From an uncultured Acidimicrobiales bacterium (GTDB taxonomy: Bacteria; Actinomycetota; Acidimicrobiia; Acidimicrobiales; DATKAS01), in contig CAVUAV010000012.1 of NCBI GenBank assembly GCA_963739555.1, forward strand, positions 135,581 to 199,580: a stretch of 64,000 nucleotides of DNA, written 5' to 3'. This document shows, one piece after another, positions 60,060-64,000 of the stretch (within the stretch, counting starts at the first letter, position 1; the number at the start of each line of letters is the position of its first letter). A model generated the notes under the pieces. The model saw nothing but the letters and a program-made list of their open reading frames with translations, was not told where the DNA came from and did not search any database. The translations under genes were made by a program, and so were the position numbers.

Positions 60060-60827
60060 ATGACCGAGACATCTGATGGGAGAACGGCGGAGCACACTGC
60101 GGTACGCGAGCAAGTGCGGGAGCGTTACGCCGCTGCCGCCCAAGCGGTCGACGCGGGTACTGGCGCGTGCTGCGATTCCGGTCCGCTGCCAGTCGCGTTC
60201 GGCCCCGGCTTGTACGGCGACGCCGAGCGGGACGAGTTGCCGCCGGCGGCGGTGGCTGCCAGCCTCGGGTGCGGCAATCCGTTGGTGGTCGCGGAGCTGG
60301 CCGAGGGTGAGACGGTTCTTGATCTCGGGTCCGGCGGCGGGATCGACGTGATCCTCTCGGCTCGGCGGGTTGGTGGGAGCGGCAAGGCCTACGGCCTGGA
60401 CATGACTGATGAGATGCTCGACCTCGCGCACCGCAACGCGGCCGAGGCGGCTGTCGACAACGTCGAGTTCCTCAAGGGCGACATGGAAGCAGTTCCGCTA
60501 CCCGACGCCAGCGTTGACGTCGTGATCTCCAACTGCGTGATCAATCTGTCGGTCGACAAGCCCGCTGTGTTCGCGGAGATGTTCCGCGTTCTGCGCCCGG
60601 GCGGTCGCGTCGGGGTGAGTGATGTCGTGGCCGAGGATCGGCTCAGCGCGCCCGAGCGCGCCGAGCGAGGCGATCATGCGGGCTGCATCGCCGGCGCGCT
60701 GTCGGTGTCGGAGTACCAAGCGGGGCTCATCGCCGTGGGCTTCGGCGACGTGTCCGTCAAGTTCACCCACGAGGTCGCCGATGGCTTGCACGGCGCCATC
60801 GTCCGGGCGACGAAACCGGTCGAGTAG
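60060..60827 (+). CDS. arsM: Arsenite S-adenosylmethionine methyltransferase
   Basis: 'VREQVRERYAAAA...ACCDSG' is the N-terminal Cys pair. 'ASLGCGNPLVVAEL..GETVLDLGSGGGIDV' is the SAM motif. 'VDVVISNCVINLS' and 'HAGCIAGA' (conserved Cys) are also present. Confidence 0.9.
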   Translation: MTETSDGRTAEHTAVREQVRERYAAAAQAVDAGTGACCDSGPLPVAFGPGLYGDAERDELPPAAVAASLGCGNPLVVAELAEGETVLDLGSGGGIDVILSARRVGGSGKAYGLDMTDEMLDLAHRNAAEAAVDNVEFLKGDMEAVPLPDASVDVVISNCVINLSVDKPAVFAEMFRVLRPGGRVGVSDVVAEDRLSAPERAERGDHAGCIAGALSVSEYQAGLIAVGFGDVSVKFTHEVADGLHGAIVRATKPVE

Positions 60828-60831
60828 AGGG

Positions 60832-62612
60832 TCAGGCCGACTCGCGTGGCCGAGCGGTGCGGCTGAGTTGCCTTCGGCGAGCACCGGGTCGAACGGTGCG
60901 ACCCACACCTTGCGGGCGAGCTCGGTGCCGACGCGTCGGAGCTGGGGCACTTCCAGGCGAGCCCGGGCTCGCAGGACGGGATCGGTGGTGCCGCTGCCGG
61001 CGAGGACGGCGTTGAGGACCCAGCCGAACGGCTCGATCCCTGCGCGGCGCAGATCGGCTTGGAGTTCCGCGGCTTCGGCTACGGGAGTCGTTTCGGCGAG
61101 CGCGACCAGTACGACCCGACAGAAGCTCGCGTCTTGCAGGCGCATCAGCGGGGTGGTGATGCGTCCGGGTGCGGTGGTGGCGTCGTGCATCACTTGGCGG
61201 TGGAACGCCCCGGTGACGTCGAGCAAGAGCAGTGTGTGCCCGGTCGGCGCGGTGTCGATGACGACGTGTTGGGTGCGGCCGAGGCCGAGGAGACGGCTGA
61301 ACGCGCGGAACACGGCCACCTCGGTTGTGCACGGCGAGTGCACCTCCTCGAACGTCAAGGCGCGCTCGTCGGGAGTCGAGGCGCGGGGCTGCTCGGCGGC
61401 GTAGCGCTCGGTCTCGGCCTGCGGATCGATGCGGCTGACCGCGACGCTCTCGGGCAGTTCGACCCCACCGGGTGCGGGCAAGCGTCCGGCGGGATCGGTG
61501 GTCGCCAGGTGGACCGGTAGCCCACGACGGGCGAGCCCGGCGGCGATGCGTACGGCGATGCTCGTCTTGCCGACGCCACCCTTGCCGGTCACGAGCGTGA
61601 CGCCCGGCCCGGCGCCGGCGATGTCATCGATCAAACCTTCGACGTCATCGAAGGTCGGAGCCGGAAGTTGTGTGCCGTCGGTGTCAACGTGCGCGGCGAG
61701 TTCGCCACGGGCCAGGCTGCGCAGCGCGTCGACCCCCACCAGATCGACACCGACGAGGGGTACGAGCGATGCAGGCCGCCCGGCCAGCGTCACGGGGAGG
61801 TGAGCGAGCGAGTGCTCCTGGCAGCGGGCGTAGGACTCGGCGATCGCGTCACCGTCGCGCGGGTCGGTGAGCACTCCGTTGATCACAAGGCGCTGGTTCG
61901 TGAGGCCGAGGACCGCGAGCTCCGATCCGGCGCGATCGGCCTCGGCGAGGGCGGTGCGGTCAGGACGGGCGACGAGCACCAGCGTTGTCGCATCTCGGTC
62001 GGCGAGCACGGCGACGGCCCGCTCGTAGGTGGGGCGTTGACCCTGAAGACCGGCGAGCGGGCCGAGGCACGTGCTCTCCTCCGGGTTGACGGCGAGATAG
62101 CGCGACCACGCGGCCGGCAACGCCAGCAGGCGCAGGGTGTGACCGGTGGGAGCGGTGTCGAACACCACATGGTCGTACTGCCCGGTCGCCGCAGGATCGG
62201 CCAGTAGCCGCGTAAACGCGTCGAACGCGGCGACCTCGACGGTGCACGCACCGGCGAGCTGTTCCCCCAACGCCACCAACTCCGACGGCGCGAGCGTGCC
62301 GCGATGGGGGGCGATGACGCGCTCCCGGTACTGGTCGGCGGCGGTCTGCGGATCGAGGTCCATCAGATCCAGGCCCGCCACGCCCGGAGCCGGAGCGGGT
62401 TCCTCCCCGGTCACGGTCCGGAACACGTCCGCGAGGTTCGACGCCGGGTCGGTGCTGACCAGCAGCACCCGCCGGCCCGCGTCCGCGAGCGCGACTGCGA
62501 CACCGCTGGCGACTGTCGTCTTGCCGACGCCTCCTTTGCCGGTGAACAGCACGAACCGGGTCTTCCAGCTGGCCCAGTCGAGCGGGCCGAGGCGGGGGAC
62601 CGAGTCGTTCAT
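60832..62612 (-). CDS. arsA: Arsenite-transporting ATPase ArsA (two-domain). The 3' end is uncertain, with a possible frameshift near 60870.
   Basis: There are two P-loops ('FTGKGGVGKTTVAS', 'VTGKGGVGKTSIAV') and two signature sequences ('DTAPTGHTLRLL', 'DTAPTGHTLLLL'). The formal ORF runs on to 60498, antisense through arsM. A shifted frame gives a TGA at 60832-60834, 4 nt from the arsM stop. Confidence 0.85.
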
Positions 62613-62658
62613 CGTCCCGCCGTCCGGGCCCGAGGCGCGTACATCAGTGGCGCAGTGC

Positions 62659-62901
62659 TCAGGAAGCCCTCGTATGGTCCTGCGCGCGGCCGACGACAGC
62701 ATCGTGTGCGGCGGCGCACGTCTCGCAGTAGATCAATCGAGCGGGCGGCTCGACGTTCACGCGCAGGTCGAGCAGCTCGACACGGGTCAGATGATGCGGA
62801 AACACGACGGCATGGTCGAGGCACAGGCCGGCGCCGCAGTCGACGCAAGTGGCGACCGCGAGATGTCGGTTACCGTTGAAGGCGCAGTCATAGCAGTTCA
62901 T
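62659..62901 (-). CDS. DUF2180-like Cys-rich small protein (80 aa)
   Basis: 'MNCYDCAFNGNRHLAVATCVDCGAGLCLDHAV...IYCETCAAAH' contains three CxxC pairs plus one extra Cys. The ATG forms an ATGA overlap with the ACR3 stop. Confidence 0.7.
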   Translation of the reverse strand: MNCYDCAFNGNRHLAVATCVDCGAGLCLDHAVVFPHHLTRVELLDLRVNVEPPARLIYCETCAAAHDAVVGRAQDHTRAS

Positions 62902-63944
62902 GTCGATTCCTCCAGCGGGGCGAAACGGTGACGGGCCCACAGCGCGACATAGACGAGCCCGACTAGCACGGGGACCTCGATGAGCGGGCCTACGACACCG
63001 GCGAGCGCCTGCCCGGAAGTCACACCGAAGACGCTGATGGCCACCGCGATGCCGAGCTCGAAGTTGTTGCCGGCGGCCGTGAACGCGACGCTCGCCGAGC
63101 GCGGATAGCCGAACCGAAGCCGCATCGACAAGACGAACGCGCCCGTCCACATGATCCCGAAGTACGCGACGAGCGGCACTGCAATGCGGGCGACGTCGAA
63201 GGGGCTGTGTGTGATCTTGCTGCCCTGTAGCGCGAAGAGGATGACCACAGTGAACAGCAGACCCCACAACGCGACGGGCCCGATGCGAGGCAGGAACTGC
63301 TCCTCGTACCAGACGCGACCACGCCGGGCCTCGCCCCAACGGCGCGTGAGATAACCAGCCACCAACGGGACACCCAAGAAGATCAGCACCGCCCGCCCGA
63401 TCTGCCACATCGATACATCGATCGTGGCCTGATCGAGGCCGAGCCAACCGGGAAGGACCTTGAGGTAGAAGTAGCCGAGCAGGCTGTAGGCCACGATCTG
63501 AAACAGCGAGTTGAGCGCCACGAGCACCACAGCGGCCTCGCGGTCGCCGTCAGCAAGGTCGTTCCAGATGAGAACCATCGCGATGCAACGCGCGAGACCG
63601 ATGATGATCAACCCGGTGCGGTACTCGGGAAGATCGGGCAGGAACACCCACGCCAAGGTGAACATCAGCGCCGGACCGACGACCCAGTTGAGGAGGAGAG
63701 ACGTGCCAAGTAGACGCCGGTCGGCCGTGACATGGCCGAGGTCGCCGTAGCGGACCTTGGCCAGCACCGGATACATCATCAACAACAAACCAAGGGCGAT
63801 CGGCAGCGACACGGTGTCGACCTTGATGTGGTCCAGCGTGTCGTTCAGGCCCGGGAAGGCACGACCCAGACCGATGCCGAGCAGCATCGCGACGCCGATC
63901 CACACCGGCAAGAACCGGTCCAGCAACGAGAGTCGCCGAAGCAC
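62898..63944 (-). CDS. acr3: ACR3 family arsenite efflux transporter. The N-terminus may extend beyond the window.
   Basis: 'LSLLDRFLPVWIGVAM', 'LLMMYPVLAKVRY', 'IGLARCIAMVLIWNDLA' (conserved Cys) and 'FTAAGNNFELGIAVAI' are present. The frame stays open upstream of GTG 63944 to position 64000. Confidence 0.9.
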   Translation of the reverse strand: MLRRLSLLDRFLPVWIGVAMLLGIGLGRAFPGLNDTLDHIKVDTVSLPIALGLLLMMYPVLAKVRYGDLGHVTADRRLLGTSLLLNWVVGPALMFTLAWVFLPDLPEYRTGLIIIGLARCIAMVLIWNDLADGDREAAVVLVALNSLFQIVAYSLLGYFYLKVLPGWLGLDQATIDVSMWQIGRAVLIFLGVPLVAGYLTRRWGEARRGRVWYEEQFLPRIGPVALWGLLFTVVILFALQGSKITHSPFDVARIAVPLVAYFGIMWTGAFVLSMRLRFGYPRSASVAFTAAGNNFELGIAVAISVFGVTSGQALAGVVGPLIEVPVLVGLVYVALWARHRFAPLEEST

Positions 63945-64000
63945 CGCGGCGTCCTGGCCACGTTCTGCGGAAGTCGTCGTCGGACTCGGAGCCTTGACGG

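Noticed and set aside
60498-60831. The formal 3' extension of the arsA ORF, about 110 extra codons running antisense through arsM.
   Set aside because: - The extension has no ArsA-like sequence.
- It lies entirely opposite a well-supported arsM.
- A shifted frame offers a stop at 60832-60834, right after the arsM stop.
- The extension is treated as read-through caused by a probable indel.

Overview
This is a very GC-rich chromosomal segment (GC not computed) with gene content and synteny typical of Actinomycetota, for example DUF3499, DUF5719, ppgK, a mycothiol-type DinB protein and a class II DAHP synthase. I support about 62 protein-coding genes. I found no rRNA, tRNA, CRISPR array, integrase or transposase.

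Layout:
- 1-24.4 kb: a cell-envelope glycan and mannose-metabolism cluster. It holds tandem GT4 genes, gmd, a flippase-like gene, a SpoIID-domain protein, a GT2-membrane fusion, DUF5719, a Trx-like protein, a GT-C enzyme, ftsH, DUF3499, a CPBP protease, a large membrane protein, manB, Trm112 and a PGI/PMI gene.
- 24.4-31.7 kb: housekeeping genes (ahcY, an SDR, comF, hpf, proA, an MFS transporter).
- 31.7-35 kb: a MoxR ATPase, a lipoprotein and a VWA protein.
- 35-48.3 kb: a PaaX regulator, a Thr-rich surface protein, an apparent pgl/PLP/PLP/SMP-30/ppgK operon, and a divergent glycogen-debranching/GH63 pair.
- 48.3-54.3 kb: DAHP synthase, a sigma factor, nadD, a LytR_C protein, rsfS, an Nfu_N-like protein and a DinB protein.
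- 54.7-64 kb: an arsenic-resistance island. It holds a TauD-like dioxygenase, arsC, arsI/cadI, arsR, a flavoprotein module, arsM, arsA, DUF2180 and ACR3. It continues past the window end.

Quality caveat: about 18 genes can only be read by switching frame, including essential ones (ftsH, ferrochelatase, DAHP synthase). The 3.4-6.15 kb stretch contains about 14 frame changes. Consensus indel error is the simplest explanation. Frameshift positions are approximate (about +/-15 nt).

Most interesting observations:
- The TauD-family dioxygenase sits behind a second copy of the arsI/cadI 5' region.
- A Cys-rich DUF2180 protein occupies the ArsD position between ACR3 and arsA.
- A secreted glycosidase-like lipoprotein splits the MoxR-VWA pair.
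- An uncharacterised, translationally coupled PLP-enzyme operon.
- A roughly 70-bp palindrome lies in a stop-free stretch downstream of gmd.
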